Source: Eledone cirrhosa (Eukaryota). From it: a stretch of DNA of 64,000 nucleotides. The notes under the pieces were generated by a model. That model did no database searches, was not told the origin of the DNA, and worked only from the letters and a program-made list of their open reading frames with translations. The DNA is taken from NCBI GenBank assembly GCA_964016885.1, contig OZ024751.1:25854001-25918000 (forward strand). Direction: 5' to 3'. Made by a program: the position numbers and the translations under genes. Below are positions 15,412-28,362 of this stretch, piece by piece (the first letter of the stretch is position 1; each line of letters starts with the position of its first letter).

Positions 15412-15899
15412 TTTACTAGTATATTACTCTATATTTACTGTATTACTCTATATTTACTGTATTACTCTATATTTACTAGTATATTACTCTATATTTACTA
15501 GTATATTACTCTATATTTACTGTATTACTCTATATTTACTTTCTTACTCTATATTTACTAGTCTATTACTCTATATTTACTGTATTACTCTATATTTACT
15601 TTCTTACTCTATATTTACTAGTCTATTACTCTATATTTACTGTATTACTCTATATTTATTAGTCTATTACTCTATATTTACTGTATTACTCTATATGTAC
15701 TACTATATTACTCAATATTTACTATTGTATTTTTTAGGTAAAGACTTTACCTCACATTACTATCTTACATATTGAATTTATGAGATTTAATACTTTTTTA
15801 TTTCGAGGACAATACCCTAATGTTGGAATGAGTGGCCGGTTTTAACAGAAAGAGGTGAGAAAATTCTATCCGGATACGGCCGGTTTAAATGCTAAAGGG
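15408..15899. mobile_element. piggyBac-type MITE with internal 20-22-bp minisatellite expansion
   Basis: (TATTACTCTATATTTACT+G/AG)n at 15408-15725, then sequence homologous to 8475-8671; ends GGG|TTAA. Confidence 0.75.
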
Positions 15900-16295
15900 T
15901 TAAAGTTTATCAGAAAGAATATATAACTTTGTTAGTGACAATCTTTGGACTGCTGCCTTGATTGTACATCGTCTTCAAAGATATTAATTGATTATATTGA
16001 CTCTATTGAATAGTCTGATACGTATATAGATCTCTAATTATCGTCTATGAAAGAAATATTAATTGCCCTTTCGTGTTCATTGAACAAAGAAACCCTTACA
16101 ATTCAGTTAGCATTCAGTACTTCTTCCTTAGTGTTATTAACTTTGTAACTCAATCGTCATTTGAATGCAATTTACGGAAAAGCCGAAACCGGTTTCTAAA
16201 CTCATACTCGAGTTTATTTTAGCTTTTCATCAATGATCGTTGCCATATAAGGAAGGCATGTTTATAGATTTCTAGATTGCAATATTTTGTTTAAT

Positions 16296-16372
16296 TCTTC
16301 TTCTTCTTCTTCTTCTTCTTCTTCTTCTTCTTCTTCTTCTTCTTCTTCTTCTTCTTCTTCTTCTTCTTCTTC
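16296..16372. repeat. (TTC)n
   Basis: Direct reading. Confidence 0.95.
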
Positions 16373-17106
16373 TCCCCCTCCTCCTCACCCAATATAACAA
16401 CATAAATAGATAGATGCTAATAGTTATGCAACTAAAAATATAAGGTAAAATTTCAAACGCTGCAATTACGCTCAAGTTAAAAATTGTTGGGTTAAATAAG
16501 TGCTTATAATCTTTCTTCGTTTCATCGGTCTTACTTTTTATTTCACTTTCCAAACATAAAATAATTTTACATGTATATACATATGTGTGTGTATATATGT
16601 GTTTTTATGTGTTAATTTATATGCATATATATGTGTGTGTGCGTGTGTGCGTGTGTGTATATGTGTGTGTGAGTGCGTGTGTGTAAGGGTATATATATAT
16701 GTGCGTGTATGTGTTTGAATGTCTGTATATATATATATTTATGTGTGTGTGTGTTGTTTTGTTTTATTTTCTAAACAATGCTTGTCAAAAACAAATAATA
16801 AAAACACTAATGTTATATTAATAATAAAAATAATGATTATTATTATTATCATCATCATCATCATCATCATCATTATTATTATTAATAAAGAAATCATTAT
16901 TATTATTATTATTATCATCATCATCATCATTATCATTATTATTTTTATTAAACATACAAAAGACAATGACAAAACTTTTCAAATACAAATAGAAAAACCA
17001 CAATTTTATATTGTTACCTATTTTGCCAAAAGGTATGAAAACTTTAAATATTCATACATAAATGATACACACACACACACTCATACACACACACATATAT
17101 ATATAT

Positions 17107-17164
<58 letters not shown>

Positions 17165-17263
17165 ATATATCTATATATGTATGTGTGTTTGTGAGTATAT
17201 ATTTATATATATATATATATGTGTGTGTTTGTGAGTATATATATATGTATGTGTGTTTGTGAG

Positions 17264-17347
<84 letters not shown>

Positions 17348-17619
17348 TTGGTGATGATTATAATAAACATAAGAAAACTATTGTACTCTGCTTGTAAAAA
17401 TTAATTTCTATATATTTATAAAATGTTCCTCTATTTTCTAAGTAATGATAAAATTATCTTCTGTTAATTACTTTTCTAACTTAACTAACAATTATTAGAT
17501 GATGACGTGGCAGTGTTGTGTTTAATTATAAACAACTTCAGTAATTACACCGGTTCGAAGCCTCGTTTGGTCGCCATGGAAATGAGTACGCAAATATTTC
17601 TGTTGAAAACTTCGTAGAT

Positions 17620-18591
17620 TAACTATGAAGGAGTGATGCTAGAGCTGTGAAATCTTAGATTTATTCATTTCCACTCCTCTTTTTAATAACTGTAAGGATT
17701 AAGTTGAAAAATAAACCTCATTTGTTCATTCCATGAGAGTATCTTGGTCAGCATATGAAGGAGTGATGCAAGAGCTGTGAAATCTAACATGCATTAATTT
17801 CAACTCTTCTTCATAATAATTGCAAGGACTAAGTTGGAAAATAACCCTCATTTGGTCATTCCATGAGAGTATGTTAGTCTTAGGATAACTGTGAAGAACA
17901 GATGCTAGAGCTGTGAAATCTTACATGCATCAATTCCAACTCATCTTTTTAAAAACAGCATTGTTTCATTCCGGGGATGATGTTGAAAAATAAACCTCAT
18001 TTGGTCATTCCATGAGAGTATCTTGGTCGGTAAATGATAAGATCTGATGACTATTCACAAAATTTCAGCAAATTTCAATAATATTAAGACACCCTATAGT
18101 GAAAATTTTGGCCAATAAATGGAACAAGATTTCACGAACTCCTCCTATGGTTTTGGAGATAGTCCCCCATAACCATATATATTCTGAAACTACATTGCCC
18201 AGAGTACTTAGATAAATATATTTCATTTTAATTAAAGGGTTTCCCGAGTGCACAAAACCCCTGCTGAAAATTTTTTCCGTTCGATTTATATGAAACTTAA
18301 ACCATAGGTAAATGACAAGATATGATGCCTATTCATAAAAGTTTTGAATTGATATTTTGAAAAAAATTATTTACAAGAAACAAAATAAGAATAAGATTTA
18401 ATAATGTAATTTTGATTTGATATATTACAAAAAATAATGTTTTCCAATTTGTCATGCATTACATTTTACTTTGAGTAATATTGAAATGCAGAGTTTTTCT
18501 CCATAAATGATATCACTGGTTTAAAATCAATCATCATTTTCTTACAAAAAAAAATGTGTGAAACGCAGCAAGGCACGGGTAATTCGGCTAG
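17620..18591 (+). mobile_element. Probable Helitron-like element with three about 130-bp internal tandem repeats
   Basis: Units start near 17627, 17756, 17892; 3' end CGCAGCAAGGCACGGGTAATTCGGCTAG|T resembles the Helitron end at 32165-32196; 5' end not identified. Confidence 0.55.
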
Positions 18592-18611
18592 TATATATAT
18601 AACAACTAGTT

Positions 18612-19372
18612 ATCGCTCTACATGGCTGAATACAAAGGTAGAGAAGAGAAGAATAACAGTGTGGATATCTCTCGACTGGAGGGTTCTGAAAATCCAGGAA
18701 CACATTCTGCGGGACATGTCAACTTTGTTGTTTATATGAATAGCCCAGCTTTTGTTTTTGTCCACAATTACTCCCAAGTCTCTGATGTTGTTGGATGCCA
18801 CAAGAGTTTCACCAGAAGGAAGGGAGTATGGGAGTTTAAGGGCATCCTTTTTTCCAAAGTGGATTAACTGAAACTTATCCTCATTCAACAGCATATTGTT
18901 CTTTTCCGCCCATTAGATAACAGCCAGTAGGTCTGACTGAAGGCAAGTCCGGTCACCTACTTCATTGATGACCCTTTGGAGGTTGGAATCATCTGCGAAG
19001 ATTCTTATGTTGCTGTGCTTGATGATGTCAGTAATGTCAGTAATGTCAGTAATGTAGAGGATGAAAAGAAGTGGGCCCAACAAGGTGCCTTATGGGACGC
19101 CATTGCTGACTTTGGCTGGGCTTGATTTTACTCCTTCGACTACAACATGTTGGGCTTTGTCTGTCAGGAACACTTGATCCAATGTAGTAACTTCCCAGAG
19201 ACACCAATGTTGGATAGATTTTTACAATAGAATCTTGCTGAAAATATCATCAAGTGATGCAGGAACTTCGTTAGGCGGCCCCGTCCATTACGGAAGCCAT
19301 GTTGGTTGGAGTTCAGCAGTCTGTTGCTTTCAAGAAAGTGGGTTATTCGTGATATCACCACCCTCTCAAATT
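18612..19372 (-). mobile_element. CR1-group LINE reverse transcriptase fragment, decayed
   Basis: Motifs FERVV..HFLESNRLLNSNQHGFR, GVP*GTLLGPLLFILYI, IRIFADD, NEDKFQLIHFG, RDLGVIVD. Confidence 0.88.
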
Positions 19373-19404
19373 CCTTGATGATGATGATGATATATATATA
19401 TAAA

Positions 19405-19625
19405 TATAACAAAGAGGGCGTGGTAAGATACCAGGTGGAACCTAACGCACCAGAGTACTCAATACTTAGGGTAGTAGAGTGGGTAACAGGAAAAGAGTCA
19501 GGACCCCGACGGCTGAGCTCCGGCCGTTTCGACCCGCTAGATCCGTTCGGGTAGCCTATGTGGAATCCGTTCGGATCTATCTGTCGAAACGGCCGGAGTT
19601 CAGCCGTCGGGATCCTGAAAGTTTT

Positions 19626-19630
<5 letters not shown>
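19405..19630 (-). mobile_element. Fold-back element family B (half-hammerhead palindrome), diverged subfamily
   Basis: Imperfect inverted arms 19488-19628 containing GAAACGGCCGGAG(T/C)TCAGCCGTC; tail homologous to 20907-20987; (TA)n on both sides. Confidence 0.75.
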
Positions 19631-19671
<41 letters not shown>

Positions 19672-19675
<4 letters not shown>

Positions 19676-19981
19676 AAAGAATAGAGGTGCAACACACAAG
19701 TTATTATATATTGGTAAACGGAATAGAAAATGCTGACAAATTGTTCACAATTGAAAAATGGTTTAATTAGGAATAAAAGAGTATTAGTGATTGTATGGGT
19801 TAGTATTCAGTTGTGGTTTTAAGTTTTTAAAAACTTAAAACCACAACTGAATACTAACCCATACAATCACTAATACTCTTTTATTCCTAATTAAACCATT
19901 TTTCAATTGTGAACAATTTGTCAGCATTTTCTATTCCGTTTACCAATATATAATAACTTGTGTGTTACACCTCTATTCTTT

Positions 19982-19985
<4 letters not shown>
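19672..19985. repeat. Spacer-less 314-bp palindrome between (TA)n tracts
   Basis: 157-bp arms, centre 19828/19829, one mismatch seen. Confidence 0.95.
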
Positions 19986-20042
<57 letters not shown>

Positions 20043-20210
20043 CATGAGAATGTGACCAATAGCCGACGGGCAAACATACACGTAACATTGTAGACACAAG
20101 CATACATACATACATACATACATACATACATACATACATACATACATACATACACACATACATACATACATACATACATACATACATACATACATACATA
20201 CATACATACA

Positions 20211-20584
20211 TGGTGGCTGCCAACTCGTTTTCGAGTACGGCCACTACTTTATATCCATGTAGGAGAACCCCTACTGATGCGCTGAACGAGTGTGACATTT
20301 TAGTCCAGTAAGCGACTTGAAAACTCTGGTACAAATACTTCACTTGTGACAATTATTGACACATAATGCTGGGCCCATGGTACCATGTGACGACAAGTGC
20401 AGAGAGATCTCCAGATATAAAGCAATGCCTGTGCCGTGAAGCTTTTATAGTGAGCAAAGGCACTGCACAAAGCCAGTCCCACTCTCTTAACCAAGATGAT
20501 ATTTACCAAAAAGAAGAACAAGTCAACATCATTGGATACCATCAGAGTTGCAGGTGTTATATCAGAGTTTTCCTTCTCCTAGAA
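20211..20584 (-). mobile_element. Bipartite RTE-derived non-autonomous retroelement with (TATG)n tail
   Basis: RC starts CTAGGAGAAGGAAAACTCTG (RTE 5'UTR-like), ends with C2H2 remnant, CTCGAAAACGAG hairpin and (TATG)n; near-identical to 28921-29229 and 63579-63968. Confidence 0.75.
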
Positions 20585-20667
20585 TACATACATACATACA
20601 TACATACATACATACATACATACATACATACATACATACATACATACATACATACATACATACATAC

Positions 20668-20875
20668 GTGTTCTGTTGTGGAGATCAGCTGCCCACTTGA
20701 TGTAAACGTTGTCAGAAAAATACAGGAGAAGGAGGACATCTACGGACCATTGATGAGGAGTTTACAAATCCAGTATCCAAAATTTGCAAAACATTCTTGC
20801 GATTCAAGGGATGACAATTTCTTTTCTTTTACAACCTTGCCACCAGGAAGGTGGCCGGTCAAAAAAATATACTCA
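20668..20875 (+). mobile_element. R4/Dong-like non-LTR 3' fragment (restriction-like endonuclease) within (CATA)n
   Basis: [32 protein letters not shown], then CKTFLRFKG*, short 3'UTR, A-run, (CATA)n on both sides. Confidence 0.7.
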
Positions 20876-20906
20876 TACATACATACATATACGTATATAT
20901 ATATAT

Positions 20907-21103
20907 ATAACAAAGGAAATGTGGTAAGGAACTAGGTGGACCATAACGCACCAAAGTACTCAATACTTACGGTAGTAGAGTGGGTAATAGGAACGAGTAA
21001 GACCCCGACGGCTGAGCTCAAGCCGTTTCGACGGCTAATTCTGGACTAGAATTAGCCGTCGAAACGGCTTGAGCTCAGCCGTCGGGGTCCTACTCGTTCC
21101 TAT
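20907..21103 (-). mobile_element. Fold-back element family B
   Basis: 55-bp inverted arms 20987-21103, loop TGGACTA; flanked by (TA)n. Confidence 0.85.
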
Positions 21104-21230
21104 ATATATATATAGAGATAATTTAATATATCTACTAACATAAGCGCACAGATGTACGCCAATGCCAGCAAATACACAGGTTATGTCATAGTACCTAGGT
21201 GGTTCGATGCAGGAGAATGCAGAACAATAA

Positions 21231-21388
21231 TATAAAAGACGTAAAATAAGAAAATTTTTTTAAAAAATTAACTTACTTACTTAAATTAACTTACTTACTT
21301 AAATTTTCTTTATCCCATTGCAGAAACTAATTAGTTGGAGTGAAAATTTAAGTAAGTTAATTTTTTTTTAAAATTTTCTTATTTTACG

Positions 21389-21397
<9 letters not shown>
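21231..21397. repeat. AT-rich inverted repeat with half-hammerhead in spacer, ending in (TA)n
   Basis: Arms TATAAAAGACGTAAAATAAGAAAATT... / ...AATTTTCTTATTTTACGTCTTTTATA; spacer has GAAAC-TAATTA-GTT^GGAGTG. Confidence 0.7.
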
Positions 21398-21465
<68 letters not shown>

Positions 21466-21606
21466 TGTCTATAATGTTATGTGCATGTTTCTCGGAAGGC
21501 TATTAGTAACATTTTCATGTTTTTTGTATGTTTTTCCGGCATTTGTGCGTTTGTTTTTTCGGTGTCCCTCTTGTGTATGTGTTTACATCTATATATATAT
21601 TTATTA

Positions 21607-21694
<88 letters not shown>

Positions 21695-21779
21695 TATATT
21701 GACTCCCCTCACGACATCTCAGATTATATTTTCATAAAATCCTCTTAAGACAAATATTGACAGAATCTGCTTGGGCTGC

Positions 21780-22349
<570 letters not shown>

Positions 22350-22866
22350 GCCCGACATCTCTGTAATCTGTTGGCTATCTTCATGGACGACTGTAAGCAA
22401 ACATTTCAGTTCATTGTTATTGTTCTGTAAAAGGAAGTAATGCCGACCATGTCAGCTCTTTGTTGTTGTCTTAAAACACCATTGTTTGCTTTATATAATA
22501 TAATCTACGTAGAATTTATTAACGATCGCCAAACATTCTTCTTTATCCAAGAAATAAATGTCAAACACGAAGACGCAATCGGAATTCTTTCTCGTCTAAT
22601 CATTGCTAAACCATATCTACTGACCTTTACGTCATTTAACTGTGTAACGCTACATTGTACTTCCCTCCTTCCATTCTACATCTTCTCGGTCTTCAGTCAA
22701 CAGGATCGTTTGTAGTTACACAAGAAAGGTGAAGAAAACCAACATATTTTAGATGGGACCAGTTCTAAGTAGTCTTTCACCTTTCATATTTGCTCCTCTC
22801 ACCATCAAACCAAAACATTACTTAGGTATTCTGAAAATATTCCAGGTTGTTGATATGGCTTGGAAT

Positions 22867-22949
<83 letters not shown>

Positions 22950-22951
<2 letters not shown>

Positions 22952-23235
22952 CAAAAGAAAATGGTGTAGGACACAACAAAGGAGAGATAGAAAATAAAAA
23001 CCTAGTCACTGAGGAGGCCACATAATGTGTGACGAAAGAGCTTTGTCACTATATAAACAACCTTCCGGTTATCGAAACAACCAGCCAATCGGAAATTTAT
23101 AATAGATTGAAGTTAAAAACCAACAGGTGCGTGTGTATTTCTTGGCAACATGACCCTCCCAAAGTATAACGATACCAGTTTCAACACACGTTTTCAGATA
23201 AGAAATCTTGCAAAACAAATTCAAAAATGAAATAT
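22950..23235 (+). mobile_element. Hammerhead element family C
   Basis: Homologous to 57765-57950(-), 60045-60452 and 62940-63210; tail CATGACCCTCCCAAAGTATAAC... Confidence 0.8.
23005..23047 (+). ncRNA. Minimal type I hammerhead (family C, slightly decayed)
   Basis: GTCA-CTGAGGA-G-GCCACA(taatg)TGTGAC-GAAA-GAGC-TT^TGTC. Confidence 0.65.
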
Positions 23236-23257
23236 ATGTGTATGTGTGTGTGTGTGT

Positions 23258-25670
23258 GTGCGTGTTTGCGCATCGTCAGCCACGGAATCCCCAGCCCTCC
23301 GTTTGAAGGGTGTTGGCAGTAAATGGATCTTCTCCTCACCAAAGGAGCCCGTTTCTTCCAAAGGAATTGGAAGAGCGCGCGCTCCATTTTGGTGAGCGTT
23401 TTGGCTGGACAAGGCACGACGGTCAAGCGGTAGTAGATGACGGACGCTATAAAAGGATAGTTTCAAGGAGAGTTTGCACTCGGCCCACTTCTGGGTGAGC
23501 GCAAACACCTTGGCCGTCACCTCGTCCCAGTTCTTCTCCACCTGGAGGTCCGGACCAAACCAGACCCCGAGCAGCTTTACCGGTCCTTCCGTCCAGCGTC
23601 CGACGACGCCATCGGAAGGCATCGGTTTGCCTCTCCACGTTCCTAGTTGCAAACCGACGGATTTGTCCCGGTTCAGCTTCGCTGCTGTGAACCTTTCGTA
23701 TTCCTCCAGTAAGGTGCCGACCTCCTCGATTTGCGAGGTGCTCGACACCATTACTGTCACGTCGTCGGCGTAGGCCGATGCCACTTTTCGCAGTCCCGGT
23801 TCCAAAGGGATGCCCTGCAATAGCTCCAACTTCCGCAGTAGTGGCTCGAGAGTCAGTACGTACAGAAGGGAGGAGAGAGGGCATCTCTGTCGGATAGATG
23901 GCGTGATATGGAACGGCTCCGAGAGGTAGCCGTTCACCTTGACCCTTGAGCAGATGTTGCTGTTGTGCATTGTTGCAATCCAGCCCCTGAACACGGGTCC
24001 GAAACCTGCTGCCACATCCAGGTAACGATGGTCAACCCTATCGAAAGCCTTAGACTGATCCAAGTTGATCAGGGCCCCACCGAAGCCGGGTTTACACCCT
24101 ACCCTCTCTATGATGTATCGCATGAGGTGGAGGTTCTCGTGTATGGACCTGGTCGGGATTGCGCATGTCTGCGCTTCTCCCACCAGGTTTTCGACGACAA
24201 GCCTCTTTGCCAACACCTTGCCCAAAATCTGTAACTCTGTGTTGAGCAGAGTTATGGGCCGGAAGTTGCCTATGTCATCCCCCTTATTCTCGTCCTTCCT
24301 GACTAACGTAATTACGCCCTTGGTCACAGAACTGGGAATTCTCCCGTTCTGCTGCCAGTTGCAGTAGACCGCTTCAAAGAGACCGGAGAACAAGTCCGGC
24401 ATTGCTACACAAAATTCGTAGGGTAGACCGTCGTTACCTGGAGATTTGCGTTTGCCGCATTGGCTCAGCGCGTCCCCTATCTCAGCGGCCGAAATCGGCC
24501 TTTCGCAGAACTTCGCCTGCTGTCCGAGAGTCGCAGTAGGCCGTCGAGGTATGGACAGAAATCCATAGCCCCTCCCGGCGCGCCGCCCTGCCCGAACAGT
24601 TGAGCAAAGTGCCGCTGAAAGGCCACGCACATTTGCTTCGGCTCACGTATCACGCGTCCCTCTTGGTACTTCAAAGACCGAATCGTGGACTTGTTGCCAC
24701 TTTTCGCCTCCGTCACTCGGGCCCAGCTAACAGCTTTGGCTCCCGCGTTTCCCATAGCACGTATTTTGCTTCTGACAACGCAGCCTTCATGCTTTGCGTC
24801 GAAGAACTGGTCCAAGGCCGTTCTCGTCGCTAGCACGCTGGCTACGTTGCCACTCCTAAGTGCCTCTTCTACTTTATCTACCAGTTCCTTTTCGGTCTTA
24901 TTTCTATCTAACACTAATTCTTTACTAAAACCTATCGAGTCTAATCTAACTGCCCTCTTGAGAGAGTACCACCATCTGTTGTGCTGTTAAGTGCTGCTTA
25001 ACTAAAGTGTTAATCCGTCTACTGTAGGCTTTGCATGTCGGTAACGACAATTTCAGCACCCAGTAGCCGGGTCCCTGTCTATGGGTTTTGTCAAGGTTGA
25101 CTAAGCAGGTCACTAATTTGTGATCTAAATAGGCAACCATGAACATTTGTGGACAGCTTAACATGTCCCTATCCTTCTTTATAACTAGAACCCGATCTCG
25201 GTACTATCTAGATGTTCCGATGCGATTAGTCCACGTCCACAGTGGCACAGTCGGAAAATCTAGTCGATATCTATCGGCCAGGTCAAATCGGCCGATTAAC
25301 TGTTTGAGGCTGTTACACCCCCTCTATCGGGACATGCTCCCACATAGTCCCAACGTGCATCTAGGATTCCATTCCAGTCCCCCACTAACAGCAGGCAGCG
25401 GGACGTTCCCAGAAAAGTCTCTAGACGTTTGAAGAAGTCTGGCCGTGGTGTCCCGGATGGGGCATATGCGGCCACCAGCCTGAAGGCTCCACCTTCACTA
25501 CCGTCAACGTCTAGCACCACCAGTCGACCCTCCGGGTCCAGATGTTGCCGCATTGGCTCAGCGCGTCCCCTATCTCAGCGACCGAAATCGAGGACGTTTA
25601 AGAGTTTTCCCTGTATCCAGGGCATCTCCAGGCTGCGTACATTCACACATCCAACTCTTATATTGGCCAT
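23258..25670 (-). mobile_element. L1/Tx1-clade LINE ORF2 (APE + RT), frameshifted and 3' truncated
   Basis: Start MANIRVGCVNVRSL at 25670; LDPEGRLVVLD, AYAP, GDWN, YLDHK; KSPGNDGLP, NFRPITLLN, DQSKAFDRV, RQRCPLS, AYADDV, GGLG. Confidence 0.93.
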
Positions 25671-25789
25671 GTTGGTGCTGAAAAGTTAAAAGAAGAGGAA
25701 AAGAAATCACTCACCTCTTCGTCTCCTGGGGACCAGGCTGCACAATTTCCATGGGGGTGTTGGAGGGGGTTGTATATAGATAGATAGAT

Positions 25790-25985
25790 AAATTTCTTTA
25801 TTAGCCACAAGGGCCCAAAAGAAGGGAACAAATACAAATGGGGAGTTTACATACAGGTATATGAAAATAAAACTATTAATAAAACAACAAATAACAATTG
25901 AAATCCCCAATGGGAGGGAGGTGTTACACAGGGGTTGTACACACCCCGAAAAAATGTACAACCCTCATCTCCAGGAGCAACAAGA
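25790..25985 (-). mobile_element. Probable Tx1-like 3' UTR end inserted in (TATC)n
   Basis: RC ends TGTGGCTAATAAAGAAAT+(TATC)n; same terminus at 33640-33668. Confidence 0.5.
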
Positions 25986-26009
25986 GTGTGTTTATAGATA
26001 GATAGATAA

Positions 26010-26097
<88 letters not shown>

Positions 26098-27041
26098 AAT
26101 ATCCCATCCATCTCATGCTAGTATGGAAATGCGGCCATTATGATGATGATGATAATGATGATCATCCTGACTGTGATGATGATAGTTATGATGATAGTGA
26201 TGATAGTGTATGCAATAACAACAATGGGTTCTCCCCTCATTCTCTCAAACCCACACTTAGTCAATCTGCTCCTTATTTTCTCTCCTACCCTCGCCCCTAT
26301 CTTCACTGACGCCCTCACATCCTTCATTCACTCACTCTGTCACAATCAATCACTCCCTCCTATTTACAAAGTCTTCATTCATTTACATCCATTGATCACT
26401 TAATAACGGCCATTGCTATTTTCTATTTATTCGTTGACGCTGTCTGCGAGTTCTGGCAATTTCTACGATTCTTGTGCTTTTTGCGCTTCCGTTCCTTCAA
26501 CTTTGTGAACCATTTGAACCCGTTACCTGACATGATTGAAAACCATTTCTAGTTTAAATGAGGAAATTCTTAAATCGTTTGAAACGAAAACTACGAACGA
26601 CCATCATTGCTAAAAATAGGAAGTATGTCTAACCTTTTCTGGTCGAATCTATTAACGATCCAATAGATTTAATTTTAAAAACCATCTGGTGGAATCCTTT
26701 ACATCTTTCTTCATTAAATATGGACATTATTGAGAAAACGAAAGAGAAGATAGAAAGAATGCCGATATTGAATTCCTGTAACTGTCTACAAGCAAAGCTG
26801 AAACCAAATAGCCAAAACAAATGATGGTGAGAAGTGTTGATAGAATAGTTATGGTTCACTGAAGACAAGAATTCCTAAAACCATTCATTTGTTGGGTTAA
26901 TTTCAAAGTTATGAAAACCTCCCGAAAGATTTTCTATAGACTTTTGGTGTTGTAGATGAAGACGAGTTTTTGAATATATTGCAAACATCGAGATCTTTTA
27001 ATGTAACTTGTAATTCTGAATTTCTCTCTCTCTATCTATCT

Positions 27042-27110
<69 letters not shown>

Positions 27111-27245
27111 ACTCACCCAATCTCTTGCTCTCTCTTTCTCTCTTACTAATTCCCTCCATATCTCTCTAACATTCTATCTGTCTATATATCTCACTCTCTC
27201 TAGGCATATATACATATATGCGTGTGTATGTATGTGTGTGCGTAA

Positions 27246-27285
<40 letters not shown>

Positions 27286-27474
27286 AGAGTGAGAGAGAAG
27301 ACTTCTACAAGACTGGAACTGTTTCAAACAATTGACATTATTATATATATATATGATAATATATATATACAGAGAGAGAGGAGAAAGAGAGAGAGAGAGA
27401 CAGAGAGAGAGAGAGAGGGAGTGAGTGAGAGAGAGTGAGAGAGACTAGTACAGACAGAGAGGCAGGGAGAGAGG

Positions 27475-27554
<80 letters not shown>

Positions 27555-27699
27555 AATTTTCAAATGTCTCATTAAAAGAGAACGAACCTGTTACTAAACT
27601 AGAAAGAAGAGTCTTTAATTGGAATTTATATATAGAACTGAATAGTCGTGAAATGTGTATATATATATATATATGTGTGTGTGTATATATATGTGTGTA

Positions 27700-27985
27700 T
27701 ATATCTATATATGTATGTGTATGTATGTATTTATCTATATATGTAGATATGTGTATATATGCATATATCTATATATGTAAGTATGTGTATATAGGTATAT
27801 AGCTATATAAGTATGTGTATGTATGTATTTATCTATATTTGTAGGTATGTGTATATATGCATATATCTATATATGTAAGTATGTGTATATAGGTATATAT
27901 CTATATAAGTATGTGTATGTATGTATTTATCTATATATGTAGGTATGTGTATATATGTATATATCTATATATGTAAGTATGTCTG
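27700..27985. repeat. About 88-bp higher-order repeat of TA/TG-rich sequence
   Basis: GTATGTATTTATCTATAT...GTAGGTATGTGTATATATG recurring three times. Confidence 0.7.
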
Positions 27986-28240
27986 TGTATATATATATTT
28001 ATATATGTAGATATGTGTATGTATGTATATATCTATATATGTATATATATATGTGAAGGTGCGTATGTATATATATATATATATATATATGTGAAGGTGC
28101 GTATGTATATAGTATATATGTATGTATATAGTATGTATATAGTATGTATGTAAATATTTATATGTGTCACTCGGTCGAGTTCCCGCCTGTCTCACTGAAC
28201 TATTAATTTGTGTTCGCAGGTGAAATCGATATCAAGAGGA

Positions 28241-28242
<2 letters not shown>

Positions 28243-28303
<61 letters not shown>

Positions 28304-28362
28304 AAGAAGAAGAAGAAGAAGAAGAAGAAGAAGAAGAAGAAGAAGAAGAAGAAGAAGAAGAA
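28243..28362. repeat. (GTA)n(GAA)n
   Basis: Direct reading. Confidence 0.95.

Noticed and set aside
26423-26533. Short basic ORF MSGNGFKWFTKLKERKRKKHK... on minus strand
   Set aside because: Only 36 aa, no recognisable homology or supporting gene structure
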